From Psilocybe cubensis (taxonomy: Eukaryota): DNA of 64,000 nucleotides. The position numbers and the translations under genes were made by a program. This document shows positions 13,672 to 26,174 of the stretch, piece by piece; position 1 is the first letter of the stretch, and every line of letters starts with the position of its first letter. A model generated the notes under the pieces. It made no database searches. It saw only the letters and a program-made list of their open reading frames with translations, and was not told the DNA's origin. The stretch spans positions 1,798,001 to 1,862,000 of the forward strand of contig CM039002.1 of assembly GCA_017499595.2 (NCBI GenBank), in the 5' to 3' direction.

Positions 13672-14452
13672 TATTGCGAATTGCGAAGGAACGCGTAAGC
13701 GGATGGATACGAGTGTTGGTAGTAATGTGTGAGGATGTGTAATGATGTGTGGAAACGAACTAGGCGTTACCCGGAGCTCGGGGTGCGATGCGAACGCAAG
13801 TTGAAAAGACGAAGTTAAACTAGCCTAATTTAAAAGGGTTACTTTTAACTAGAAATAACTCGGGGATTAGGCGACGGGGGCCCGCTCAACCGAGGTTAAC
13901 AAGTCGCGTAAGGTGTGCTCGTTCAACCCTACTAGCAGCGGCAATGTATGGCCGGGCCTGGTAGAGGATAAAAAGCAAAAAAGACTAAAATGACCGTTTT
14001 GTGAAAACTATGCAGAAAGCAACTTGGTTCGCAAAACACGGAATTGGAGCGCTTAGAGCGCGGGGCCCATAACCTGTTGAAGCAGGCGAGCTCGGGGCAG
14101 TGTGAGCTACTTGGCGACCTAGTTATAGAACGTAGGGCGCAGGGATAAGCGAGCACGAAGCGTCTAAAGTCCAAAGTGAGTAACTGAGTGAATTGAGCAA
14201 AGTGCTAACAAACTAACCTGAAGTCCGAAGTGAGTAACTGGGGACTTCAGGATGTAAACTAGAGTGACTATATACTATGTAGACTCAAGTACTCTGGTCT
14301 ACCTAGGTCTACTCTGGTCCGGTCCAGACCAGTCTATGGACTGATAAATATCATGTGTCTAGAATGGTCTGGAGAGCAAATGAAGATAAGAAGAAAATAA
14401 TCTAATCTGATAAGATAGCAAAGTGAGGGAGACATAGAGAGCAGTTTTAACA

Positions 14453-16978
14453 CTTAAGCGCAAAAGCGATGCATTCAGTGCGTTTCAAACGTACAAAGCA
14501 TGGGCTGAGAACAAATTAGGCTTTAAGATCAAAGCGCTGCAGGATGACAAAGCTGGTGAATACATGTCAAATGCTTTCATCAAATTCACTGACCAGTGTG
14601 GCATTGAGCGTCGTCATACAACGCGAAATCGCCCACAACAGAACGGAGTTGCAGAGCGTGCAAATCGCACCATGGCAGAACATGTTACTTCCATGCTCAA
14701 TGAGGCTCGTGTTCCACCTTCGTTTTGGGGTCGCTGTGTTGCAGCATACATGCATGTATGGAATTGTGTTCCTACAGCTCCTCTACCGGATAAGACTCCG
14801 TATGAGAGCTGGAACAAGCGCAAAACTGATGTTAGTCATTTGAGGGTTTGGGGTTGCCTTGCATATGTTTATGTTCAGGGAGATAAGCGCAAATTGTTGC
14901 AGCCTCATATGGAGAAGTGTATCTTTGTTGGGTATCCTACTGGGTACAAGGGCTGGAAGTTTTACAACGCAGTCACCAAAAGGTTCATTATCTCTGAGAG
15001 AGCTGATTTCGACGAAAGGTGCTTCCCTGGGGTGTCCACTGGCCCTATGCCAAAGTTTGACCTTCTTCCCACTTCTTCTGCAAGTGCACCACCTCCCAAT
15101 TCAGGGGGGGACTTTAATGGCTTCAATTTTGATGATGATGAGGATGACTCTACTCCAGATCCTGTCATTGAGCCAGAAGTGCCTATTGCGCCTCCTGAAC
15201 AGCCAGCTGAACCGCCACAGCCTGAGGCCGTTCCTGCACCTCCTCCTAAGCCTGCACGCCGCCAGCGTGCTCCAGTTGATCCTGCAACGTTGAGACGCAC
15301 TACTCGCGTTCCTAAGCAGCCTGGTGAATGGTGGAAGGTCTCACATGATCCTGAACCACCTGAAGCCAATGATTCTGGATTTGAAGAGGTGGAGTTTGCT
15401 GGGCTTGTTTCAAGCGCAGATCCGCGCACATTCAAACAGGCAATGAAAGTGCCTGATGCGCACATGTGGGAAGAGACTGCTAACACAGAATTCAATCTGT
15501 TGCAGCACAATCAAACTTGGGAGCGAGTTGAGCTCCCTCCGGGTCAAAAGGCAATTGGCTGTGGTTGGGTCTTTAAAATCAAGCGAAATGCAGATGGCAG
15601 TATAGAGCGCTACAAGGCTCGTATTGTTGCCAAGGGCTACAGTCAGCGCCCTGGCATTGATTATCATGAGGTCTTTGCTTCTACTTTCCGCCCTGCTACT
15701 TTCCGCTTGATTGTGGCTCTGGCCGCCATTGGAGACTTGAAGTTGCGCTCTGTTGATATTACAGCTGCTTTCACTAAAGGTGACCTAGACGAGGAGATTT
15801 ACATGTTACAACCTGAAGGATTTCACCAAGGTGGTTCTAACATGGTTTTGAAGCTCAAAAAGTTGCTCTATGGTCTTAAGCAGTCTGCACGTCAATGGAA
15901 CCTCAAGTTGCATGAGGCATTGTCAGATATGGGGTTCAAGCGTATAGAATCAGATCGCTCTGTCTACATCTATTCAGATGGAGATGTGAAGATTATTGTT
16001 CCCATTTACATTGATGACATTACCTTTGCCTCCAAATCGGACGCTGCCATAGATAGAGCTGTTAAGCAGCTAGCTGCGCGTTTTGAACTCCGTGATCTGG
16101 GTCCTACACAGTATTTAATTGGTGTTGCCATTGAGCGAGATATGGCTGCTAAAACCATTTCCTTGCATCAGCGTCAGTATATCCTCAATATGCTTGATAC
16201 ATATGGCAAGACTGATTCTAATCCCGTCAAAACACCTATGGCTGTGGGCATTGTTCTCTCCAAGGCAGATGGACCTCAGAATAGAGATGAGGTGGAATTT
16301 ATGCGAAATGTTTCCTACCTCAATGCAGTTGGCTCCTTGCAGTATCTAGCCACCATGACCCGTCCTGACATTGCTTTTACTGTGTCCTATCTGGCACGCT
16401 TCAATTCCAATCCTGGGCCTAAGCATTGGGCTGCAGTTAAACATTTATTCCGCTACCTCAGAGGCACTCTGGATTACAAGTTGACTTATTCTGGCGCTGT
16501 AGGCCATGATAACTTTGTCATCTACACTGATGCTGCACATGGTGATTGTGTAGATACTGGACGCTCTACGAGTGGTTATTTAACCGTTCTAGCTGGAGGT
16601 GCTATTGGCTGGGCAAGCAAACTCCAAACTGTTGTAACTCTGTCTACTACTGAGGCAGAGTACATTGCTGCTGTGGAGGCAGCCAAGGAAATTGTGTGGA
16701 TGCGCAATATCCTTGAGGAGTTTGGCTACACAGTCACTGAGCCCTCTGTGCTGCATATGGACAACCAGTCATCTATCAGTGTTTCCAAGAATCCAGAGCA
16801 CTATGGATGGATGAAGCACCTTGATTTGCGCTATTATTGGCTTAGGGATGCTGTTGGTGTTGGAAAGATTTCTCCTTCCTATATTCCTACTGATCAGCAA
16901 GCTGCTGATATTCTTACCAAACCCCTCTCACCTCCCAAAGTGGACTTTTGTAGAGATAAAATGGGTCTCAAACTTTAA
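14453..16978 (+). pseudogene. pol: Remainder of the host copia pol (integrase core, RT, RNase H)
   Basis: 804-aa ORF with PQQNGVAER, YIDD and ADILTK; continues 3231-4858 after the TSD. Confidence 0.93.
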
Positions 16979-18673
16979 TCTTTCTTTCTCTGTTTTGCTT
17001 TATTTTTCTTTGTTCTGGAGACTTGTCAGAACAGGGGGGAGTGTTAAAACTGCTCTCTATGTCCCCTTCACTTTGCTATCTTATCAGATTAGATTACTTT
17101 CTTCTTATCTTCATTTGCTCTCCAGACCATTCTAGACACATGATATTGATCAGTCCATAGACTGGTCTGGACCGGACCAGAGTAGACCTAGGTAGACCAG
17201 AGTACTTGAGTCTACACAGTATATAGTCACTCTAGTTTACATCCTGAAGTCCCCAGTTACTCACTTCGGACTTCAGGTTAGTTTGTTAGCACTTTGCTTA
17301 ATTCATCTAGTTACTCACTTCGGACTTCAGACGCTTTGTGCTCACTTATTCCTGTGTCCTACCTTCTATAACTAGGTCGCCAAGTAGCTCACACTGCCGC
17401 AAGCTTGCCTGCTTCAACAGTTGATGTCTAACTGCAACCCTGGAATAGCACAAGCCAGGCAATGATATCCTTTTTCCAAGCACCTATCTAATTTGATGCG
17501 CTTATCCACTAAGAATTGAGCCCTCTGCTCCACTACAAGACTTGTCAAGAAGAATATCACAACAAAAACACAATTAACTCATCTGAGACCATCTAGAAAT
17601 ACCTCCAGGCTATGATTCTATCTTTAATACCACCCTATATATTGTGCCAAATCAAAATAATGCGCAAAAGCAGAATACAATAAAAGAGCTTGGCCAAAAT
17701 ATTGATGCCATGATCTGGGATAGCCAGAGCAAAATGGAGAAGAAGATGAACTAATTCCACATCATAAAAAATTATGAAGATGAGGAGAAACAAAACAGTA
17801 ATGAGAAGAAGAAGGAATGAAGCTATAATTCTAAGAAATGCTAGGAATATTATGTTGTAGTGGTAATTGAAATATCTAATATGCTGAGAGAAAGCAAGAG
17901 GAGTAGCTGAGGCAAAAAAATTTTTTTATAGTAGATAATGGTGGTTGAAAAAAAAAAAAAGCATGTGAAAGATAGAATTTAATTTTTATACCCAGTATGG
18001 CAAACAATCGCAAACAAAGTTATAGTTCAGAGCTTTTGATTTGGCTGTCTAGCAAGTATGTATATTTGTTACCAATATAAAACAAACATTCTATATACTA
18101 ACTATCCTACACCACCACACTGACTTTTTAGAGGCAATCTGCACATTAGATTGCCTTTCTAGCCCATCTCTGTCTATCTCTGCTTTTTTCCACCCTTCTC
18201 TATCCCTTTTAGACTGCCACTATTTCTTTGTACCCTCTTAAATCTTTTCTTGGCTTACCCCTGCCTATTTCTGCCTTTCCACACTCTCTTTGGCCTTCCA
18301 AACCTTTCTATCTCTTCCTGGACCCTTTTTAAGCTACCTCTGCCCTTTCTAATCCTTTTCATCTCCTTGTCATCCTCTTTTGCACCCTTTTGTATTTCTG
18401 CTACATTTTTTTGCACTCTTTTACACTATTGTGCACCCTTCTGCACTCTCTCTAGACTTCACGGCATTTCTCTGACCTTGTTTAGGGCGTTTTGTATTTT
18501 CATTGTTATTGTTTAGCTTTGTTAATATGCTTTTATGTATTGTTAACACGTGGTCTTATTGTGTTGGGTTTGGTTGTTATCATTGATTGACTTTGTATTG
18601 ATGGTGTCAATGTGTGTCAACCTCTTTGTGTTAGGTGGTGTCAATGTTGTTGTGCTGGTTGGAATCAACTGTT

Positions 18674-18727
18674 GTATAACTAGATTGCCAAGTAGCTCAC
18701 ACTGCCCCAAGCTTGCCTGCTTCAACA
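18674..18727 (+). repeat. 3' fragment of a copia family A LTR
   Basis: tataactag...agtagctcacactgccccaagcttgcctgcttcaaca matches the LTR end. Confidence 0.8.
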
Positions 18728-19480
18728 GGATTTGAGGCCAAGGGATATCCTTTGTTTCCAAACTTTTGGAACACAATAGAAATATTAACATCAACTTTGG
18801 GTTTACCAAAATTAACCAGGAGCTGATAGTGCAAAGGGCTGTGAGCAGAAAAACTAGGAATACTCTTCTTGGAACATGCAGTTGGATTGCGCTCTGCAGC
18901 TTGTTGCCGCTGGGATAAGTTAACAGCCTGCTTTGCAACACTAGCAAAGTTGCAATGTAGTTTGGTTTGGAATGAGATTAATGTTGGGCCAACTAGAGGT
19001 GGATGCTGGAATAGCACTAAACAACATTTGGGCTATTTGCACATTTGGGGGGCGTGCTAGAGCAGACTTGGGTGCAGTAGAGACTGCCCTGCCCTTGCCT
19101 TTGCTCCAGCACGCAGAAGTGCTCTGATCAGACGTTTTCTCAAGATTGTGGGGAGTGTTGGAGGAAGGAAGCAGCTGAGACCCTCCTGACAACAAAGTAT
19201 TTCTAGAAATCTCTCAACCTCTAATAGTATTATCCGGATGCACAAAGATACCTAAGATAGTGTCAATGGCTGGCAACAATTCTGTATTTGTATAGTGGCC
19301 AAAGTAACCAGTGAATATGCCTTTCATTATTTCAACAAGGGCGGATAAAATCTGTCTCTTGATCTCAGTAGAAAGTAACTTACTTCCTCCAAGGCCCATC
19401 CACATACGGATAGTATTTAATGTATCTCTGATCCTTCTTGCATTGTTGCTATACTCCTCTCCCATACAATAGCTTACTCA
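18728..19480 (-). pseudogene. Decayed LINE ORF1 fragment related to 34442-36151
   Basis: IRDTLNTIRMWMG...LSTEIKRQI resembles VRDALDTINRWMG...LSSEIKREI; FQHPPLVGP resembles FQQPPPVGP. Confidence 0.75.
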
Positions 19481-20489
19481 ATTTGGATTTCCAATGCTTT
19501 GTGCTCACTTATTCCTGTGCTCTACATTCTTTATATAGCTATATTGCTGAATAGCTCATACTGCCCCAAGCTTGCCTGCTTCAATAGGTTATGGGCCCGC
19601 AATTGAAGCAGTCCAGTTCCATGTTTTACAAATCAAGTTGCTTTTTGCATATTTTGAAAAGAACAGTCATTTTAGTCTTTTTTACTATTTACCCTCTACT
19701 AGGCCCTGCCACACTAATTATACATTTATACATATCAATACCAACACTTGTATCCATCCGGTTACGTGTTCCTTCGCAATTTGCAATAATGACTTCTAAT
19801 CCCCAAATCACTCCATTGAACTCAACAAACTACAACACCAGAGCAGGCTAGATGACCGCCTACCTCCAATCTAAAGGGATATGGCGCATTGTCAATAGTG
19901 CTAGAGCACAGCCAATGCTCTCAGACAAGCCCACTGCTCAGGAGGAAGCTTTGCTTGAAACCTACTTTGAGCAGAGCAACAAAGAATGTGCTTTGATCTA
20001 TCTCAATTTGGAGAATGATCAGAGGGTTCATGTGGAAGCCATCAAGGATGATCCTATCAAGATGTGGGATGCCATTGCTGCTGTACATTAGCAAAAACGC
20101 CCTGGAAACCACTTTAATGCATATGATAATCTGTTCTCAATCCAAAAGGAGTAAGGTAAAAACCTTCAAACCCTGATCAATAGAGTTGAGCAAGCCATGT
20201 TGTTGTTTGATCTAGCTAAGCTTGATGGAGAGCTTGCTTTGCTTGCTCTGGTCAGGGCACTTCCAGTAGAATACAGTTTATTTGCATCCTTACTTCTCCT
20301 TTTGGACAAGTTGGACAGCCTTTGACACGGAGGACATACAGCAACGTCGCCGCACTTCGGAGTTGTCTGCACTCGCCACCGCGTTCCAGACCGCTCCAGC
20401 ACCTTCTGCATCCAAGCCCAAGTGCGCATTTTGTAATATGACCAACCATGCAATGGAAAAGTGTCACAAGTTCATTGCTGTGCAAAAGG

Positions 20490-20867
20490 TGTTGAAGCAG
20501 GCGAGCTTGGGGCAGTGTGAGCTACTCGGCGACCTAGTTATAGAATGTAGGGCGCAGGGATAAGCGAGCACGAAGTGTCTGAAGTCCGAAGTGAGTAACT
20601 GGGTGAATGGAGCAAAGTGCTAACACACTAACCTAAAGTCCGAAGTGAGTAACTGGGGACTTCAGGATGTAAACTAGAGTGACTATATACTGTGTAGACT
20701 CAAGTACTCTGGTCTACCTAGGTCTACTCTGGTCCGGTCCAGACCAGTCTATGGACTGATAAATATCATGTGTCTAGAATGGTTTGGAGAGCAAATGAAG
20801 ATAAGAAGAAAGTAATCTAATCTAATAAGATAGCGAAGTGAGGGAGACATAGAGAGCAATTTTAACA
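20490..20867 (-). repeat. Solo copia family A LTR, antisense, at an internal deletion of the host copia
   Basis: 378-bp TG...CA LTR; left flank is gag (aaagg), right flank is RT (ggatt); no TSD. Confidence 0.9.
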
Positions 20868-22296
20868 GGATTTTACCAAGGTGGTCCTAACATGGTTTTA
20901 AAGCTCAAAAAGTTGCTCTATGGTCTTAAGCAGTCTGCACGTCAATGGAACCTCAAGTTGCATGAGGCATTGTCAGATATGGGGTCAAGCGTATAGAATC
21001 AGATTGCTCTGTCTACATCTATTCAGATGGAGATGTGAAGATTGTTGTTCCCATTTACATTGATGACATTACCTTTGCCTTCAAATCGGACGCCGCCATA
21101 GACAGAGCTGTTAAGCAGCTAGCTGCGCATTTTGAACTCCGTGATCTGGGTCCTACACAGTATTTACTTGGTGTTGCCATTGAGCGAGATATGGCTGCTA
21201 AAACCATTTCCTTGCATCAGCGTCAGTATATCCTCGATATGCTTGATACATATGGCATGACTGATTCTAATCCGGTCAAAACACCTATGGCTGTGGGCAC
21301 TGTTCTGTCCAAGGCAGACAAACCTCAGAATGGAGATGAGGTGGAATTTATGCAAAATGTTCCCTACCTTAATGCAGTTGGTTCTTTGCAGTATCTAGCC
21401 ACCATGACCCATCCTGACATTGCTTTTACTGTGTTCTACTTGCTACGCTTCAATTTCAATCCTGGGCATAAGCATTGGGCTGCAGTTACACATTTGTTCT
21501 GCTACCTCAGAGGCACTCTGGATTATAATTTGACTTATCCTGATGCTATTAGCCATGATAGTTTTGTCACTTATACTGATGCTGCACATGGTGATTGTAG
21601 ACACTGGACACTCTACAAGCAGTTATTTAACTATTCTATCTGGAGGTGCTATTGGCTGAGCAAGCAAACTCCAAACCATTGTAACTCTGTCTACTGTAGA
21701 TACAGTATATTGCTATGGTTGAGGCATTGAAGGAGATTGTGTAGATGTGCAATACCCTTGAGGAGTTTGGCTATATAGTCAATAAGCCCTCTATAGTACA
21801 TATAGGCAACCAGTTATCTATTAGTATTTACAAGAATCCAGAGCACTGTCAGGGCAACACTATAATCAGTGTGACAAGGCCACCAACAAAGATCAAGCAA
21901 GGTAGAGAGAGAGAGAGCAGAGGGAGAGTAAGAGAGCAAAGAGAGAATAGGAGAGTGAGAGAGACTCAATGATTCTAAGAGATCACACCAATGATAGTGG
22001 ATATCCTAAGAGATTGAAGCTGAAGCTACAGCTACCTACAAGTCCAGTATTTATACTCTACAGCTATTCTAGAATATTCCCTACATTACATCATAAAGGA
22101 AGGTTAAAGAATAAAAGTGACATCATATAGAAAAAGGATGAGTAAGACTAGGAATCATATAGAATTTACTAGAAAGAAGTGGAGCAAGAAGGCTGTGATG
22201 AAAGAAATAAACTATCTAATCAGATAATTGATAAGATAATGAAAGGATAAGATAATTCTGTGAAGATAAAGAGGGGAAACTGGAGAAACCCTGACA

Positions 22297-25200
22297 TCAC
22301 CCCCTCTCTAAGGCACATTTTCCACAATGTGCACATGGATGGGTTAGTTTAGAGGGTTTAAGAAGAGGAGGAGGTTCAGTAAAGTTAATAATAGGAGTGA
22401 AAGAAAGTCTATCAAAGGTCACAGCAGAAATCCTTCTAGGTGCTGAAGGATGTTTGGCATGGAAGTCCTTGATAGCCTTAGAAGCATTTTTCAAATGCTC
22501 TGCAGGCTCCCAAGTGCATTCTTCATTAGGATAGTTCTTCCACTTGACCAAATATTGAAGTTTGTTTCTAAAAAGTCTGCTGTCCTTGATAAATTCAACT
22601 TCCCACTCAGGATTTTCTTCTTGAATGACAGGAGGTGGTCTAGAAGGAGGCTTTCTTCCTATAATATCTGGGTGATAAGGTAGAAGTTTAACCACATTGA
22701 ACACTGGATGGATTTTCATGGTAGATGGCAGCTTAAGCTCATAGGCATTAGGGCTAATAACTTTGGTAATTTTGTAAGGCCCATATCTTTTATCATCCAA
22801 TTTCTTGGAGGGCCTATCAGTTTTGAGGTCCTTGCCATCCAACCATACCAAATCCCCAACTTTGTACTGGATTGGAGTACCTCTGTGTCTATTATAGAAT
22901 TTAGCCATATCATCAGCAGCTTTTCTAAGTGCAGACTCTGCTTCTTTCCTGGCTTCTTCCATATTTTTCACAAAGGTATCTACAGTGTCCATTTTACTAT
23001 CTCTAAGGGGTTCAGTGCCCATTCTGGGATGTCTGCCATTATTGAGCATGAATGGTGTCTGCCTGGTTGAAGCCTGAACTCTATTGTTATAAGAGAATTC
23101 AGCTAGAGCTAACCATTCAACCCAATCATCTTGTCTATGGTTTATAAAGAGTCTAAGATACTGCTCAATTTCTTGGTTAACTCTTTCAGTCTGACCATCA
23201 GTTTGGGGATGGTAGGCTGTAGATGAGGCTGTCTGGATACCAAGTATTGAGTTGAGTTCTTTCATAAACCTTGAGACAAACTGTGGACCTCTATCACACA
23301 GAATTTTAATGGGTAAGCCATGGTGTTTCCAGACATAATCTCTGTATAGTCTGGCTGTCCCTTCAGAAGTGACTTCATCTGTAGTAGGGATAATGTGGAT
23401 CATTTTACTAAGTCTATCCACAACCACCATAATGGCATTATACCCTTGACATTCTGGTAACCCCATAATAAAGTCCACAGAGATGCATTGCCAGACATCA
23501 GAGGGAATCTCAGTAGGAATTAAAAGGCCAAGAGGTTTGGCTGGAAAGGTTTTGGTTCTGTTGCATCTATCACAACCTCTGGTATAGGCTGCAATAAAAT
23601 GTGACATTCCTGGCCACCAATAATTCCTAGAGACTAGCTCAATTGTCTTCCATTTCCCTGGATGTCCAGCAATGAAGGCATCATGGTGCAGTTCCACAAT
23701 CTTTCTTCTAAGATCTTTGTCCTTGGGAACATACACCTTCCCCCTGTAGAGAATAAGGCCTTGTTCTTCTGACCATTCCTGTCCTTCAATCTTCTTGGTA
23801 GAAGATTTCTTGAGCTCCTGAACTGCCTTGACCACCTTTTCATCCATCTCCTTAGCTTCTCTAATCTTCTTAAGAAGATCATTTTCTGCACCAGTAATGG
23901 TAGCATGACCCTGCTTGAGAGCCTGGATTTTAAAGTAGGAAGGTTTGAGGAGAACTACATTTTGGTTATCATTCTCTCCCTTTTTATGATCTGGTCTCCT
24001 AGACAAAGCATCTGGCTTAAGAGATCTTTTACCAGGCCTATGATGAAGAGTAAAATCAAATCTGGACAGGAAGAGTGACCATCTGGCTTGCCTTCTGCTG
24101 AGCTTTTGGGCAACCATAAAGTACTCTAAGTTTTTGTGGTCTGTCCAAATCTCAAAGGAATGTTGGGTTCCTTCAAGATAATGTCTCCATTCATCTAGTG
24201 CTCTGATAATAGCCAGCATCTCTTTGTCATGGATCTCATAATTCCTTTCTACTTCAGATAGACTCTTAGACATAAAGGCTACAGGATGCCATTTCCCATC
24301 TGATCCTTCCTGAGATAAAACAGCCCCAGTAGCATAATCTGAACTGTCTGCTTCAACTTTATATGGCTTGTTATCATCAGGGAAAATCAAGACAGGTGAA
24401 GAAGTGACTTTCTTCTTTAACTGGTCAAAGGCTTCCTGCTGTCTAAGACTCCATCTCCAGACTGTTCCTTTCTTTGTCAATTCATGAAGGGGCTTAGCAA
24501 TGTCTGCAAAATCCTCTATAAACCTTCTATAAAAATTAACAAATCCCAAAAATGATTGGACATCCTTGACATTTTCAGGTTCAGGCCATTTAGAAACTCC
24601 CTCTACCTTGACAGGATCCATCTCAATCCTGCCTTGTGAAATGATTAGTCCAAGATATTCAATCTTTTCCTTTTCAAATTCACATTTCTCTGCTTTAAGG
24701 TAGAGTTTGTTCTGTTCTAGGATTTGCAGAACTTGCTTGACTACCTCTCTATGATGATCAAGAGTCTCAGTGAAAATTAAAATGTCATCCATGTAGACAA
24801 TGACAACATTTCCATCAATGAGCTCAATAAAGATATCATTCATCATAGTTTGGAAGGTAGCAGGACTATTGGTTAAACCAAAGAACATGACCAATGGTTC
24901 AAACAGCCCTCTATTGGTTCTAAAGGCTGCTTTCCATTCATCTCCCTTTTTGATTCTGACATTGTTAAATCCCCACCTAACATCAAGTTTGGTGAAGTAT
25001 TTGGCTTTGCTGAGTTTGGGGATAATGTCAGAAATCAATGGAAGGGGGTAGGAGTTCTTGATGGTCATTTCATTAAGTTTCCTATAGTCCTGGACAAGCC
25101 TAAGAGATCCATCCTTCTTCTTGACAAAGAATACAGGGAAAGCCATAGGTGACTTGGAGGGTCTAATCCTGCCAGACTTCAGATTTTCCTCTAAAAAGGC

Positions 25201-26166
25201 ATCAAGTTCCTTTTGTTCATTGGGAGAGAGAGGATAAATCTTGGATCTATAAGGTTCAGAACCAGGTTTCAGCTCAATAGCATGATCCCAAGGCTTCCTG
25301 TCTGGTAGCCTATCAAAAGATTCCTTTGAAAAAACACCTTTAAACTGGTGATAGTGCTTAGGGACAGTTTCTTCAAAGGTTTTCTTAGGAGAATCAGCTT
25401 GCTGATGAGACTCTTCTGCTAATCTTTGAGACATAGTAGAAGTAGCATTAATAGACTGCTTCTGAGGATGAAGATATGAGATGAAAATTCTGTCCTCAGG
25501 CTCAATCTCAGAATCAGAAGAATCATCAATAGAATCATCTTCTTCTTCATCAATTTGAGGGAGTTTCCTCCTTTTGACTGCAGCTATTCTCTGCCTCTTT
25601 CTTCTGGCTCTTTTGGCTTCCATTTGGCAGTCAGAGGGACATCTAATAAACTGAACATCCCCTGTCTTCCAATCAACATCTGGATTATGGTGCCAAAGCC
25701 AAGTATGTCCAATGATAGCAGATTTGTCTCCCAAGTCACAAACAGCAAAGGTGGCCCTTTCTGTATGGTTTTTGTGTACCATAATTAAGTCTACTTCCTC
25801 ATGGATAGAGCCACTCTTGTTGAGAGTACCATCAACATTATAGACTGGAATGGCTCTAGGAAGTTTCCTTGTGTTGAGATTATGATACTTCATAAAACCA
25901 GAATGCAGAAAGAGGCCAGTAGCTCCAGAATCAAGCAAAGCATCAACAGATAACCTTTTCTCTGTATCCATTGTCTTTAAGATGACAGACAAATGGGTAG
26001 AGGTTTTAGGATTATGGTTGAGGATGTAGATCTTTTCAGGGAAGGTAGAAAGAGAGGAAGAAGAAGACATGATTTCTGCACCAGAATCTGAAGACTGAGG
26101 ATCAAGTCTATCAATTTCATTTTCTAGTACATTAAATCTATTCCATTGGGACATGTCTTTCACCAA
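22297..26166 (-). CDS. pol: gypsy Pol (protease, RT, RNase H, integrase, chromodomain), open frame
   Basis: LLDSGA, YMDD, EADSS, HPQTDGQTER, GPY and YLVKWKNY...TWEP motifs; 1289 aa. Confidence 0.95.
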   Translation of the reverse strand: MVKDMSQWNRFNVLENEIDRLDPQSSDSGAEIMSSSSSLSTFPEKIYILNHNPKTSTHLSVILKTMDTEKRLSVDALLDSGATGLFLHSGFMKYHNLNTRKLPRAIPVYNVDGTLNKSGSIHEEVDLIMVHKNHTERATFAVCDLGDKSAIIGHTWLWHHNPDVDWKTGDVQFIRCPSDCQMEAKRARRKRQRIAAVKRRKLPQIDEEEDDSIDDSSDSEIEPEDRIFISYLHPQKQSINATSTMSQRLAEESHQQADSPKKTFEETVPKHYHQFKGVFSKESFDRLPDRKPWDHAIELKPGSEPYRSKIYPLSPNEQKELDAFLEENLKSGRIRPSKSPMAFPVFFVKKKDGSLRLVQDYRKLNEMTIKNSYPLPLISDIIPKLSKAKYFTKLDVRWGFNNVRIKKGDEWKAAFRTNRGLFEPLVMFFGLTNSPATFQTMMNDIFIELIDGNVVIVYMDDILIFTETLDHHREVVKQVLQILEQNKLYLKAEKCEFEKEKIEYLGLIISQGRIEMDPVKVEGVSKWPEPENVKDVQSFLGFVNFYRRFIEDFADIAKPLHELTKKGTVWRWSLRQQEAFDQLKKKVTSSPVLIFPDDNKPYKVEADSSDYATGAVLSQEGSDGKWHPVAFMSKSLSEVERNYEIHDKEMLAIIRALDEWRHYLEGTQHSFEIWTDHKNLEYFMVAQKLSRRQARWSLFLSRFDFTLHHRPGKRSLKPDALSRRPDHKKGENDNQNVVLLKPSYFKIQALKQGHATITGAENDLLKKIREAKEMDEKVVKAVQELKKSSTKKIEGQEWSEEQGLILYRGKVYVPKDKDLRRKIVELHHDAFIAGHPGKWKTIELVSRNYWWPGMSHFIAAYTRGCDRCNRTKTFPAKPLGLLIPTEIPSDVWQCISVDFIMGLPECQGYNAIMVVVDRLSKMIHIIPTTDEVTSEGTARLYRDYVWKHHGLPIKILCDRGPQFVSRFMKELNSILGIQTASSTAYHPQTDGQTERVNQEIEQYLRLFINHRQDDWVEWLALAEFSYNNRVQASTRQTPFMLNNGRHPRMGTEPLRDSKMDTVDTFVKNMEEARKEAESALRKAADDMAKFYNRHRGTPIQYKVGDLVWLDGKDLKTDRPSKKLDDKRYGPYKITKVISPNAYELKLPSTMKIHPVFNVVKLLPYHPDIIGRKPPSRPPPVIQEENPEWEVEFIKDSRLFRNKLQYLVKWKNYPNEECTWEPAEHLKNASKAIKDFHAKHPSAPRRISAVTFDRLSFTPIINFTEPPPLLKPSKLTHPCAHCGKCALERG

Positions 26167-26174
26167 TGGTGCTT

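Larger units (their letters stand above)
4859..14452 (-). mobile_element. Nested full-length Ty1/copia family A copy (5' LTR 14075-14452; 3' LTR 9081-9458, duplicated at 4859-5236)
   Basis: 5-bp TSD CTTAA at 4854-4858 (also 9076-9080) and 14453-14457; PBS, PPT and 378-bp LTRs present. Confidence 0.96.
2460..17419 (+). mobile_element. Ty1/copia family A host element (5' LTR 2460-2827, internal 2828-4858 and 14453-17041, 3' LTR 17042-17419), interrupted in integrase by a nested antisense copy
   Basis: Two LTRs, PBS ggttatgggcccc at 2828, PPT gaacaggggggag before 17042. The integrase sequence ...gtgcttcttaa|gcgcaaaagcg resumes after the insert, with a CTTAA duplication. Confidence 0.93.

Noticed and set aside
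17420-18670. Short ORFs in pyrimidine- and GT-rich sequence
   Set aside because: Compositional bias only; no recognisable motifs or element boundaries.
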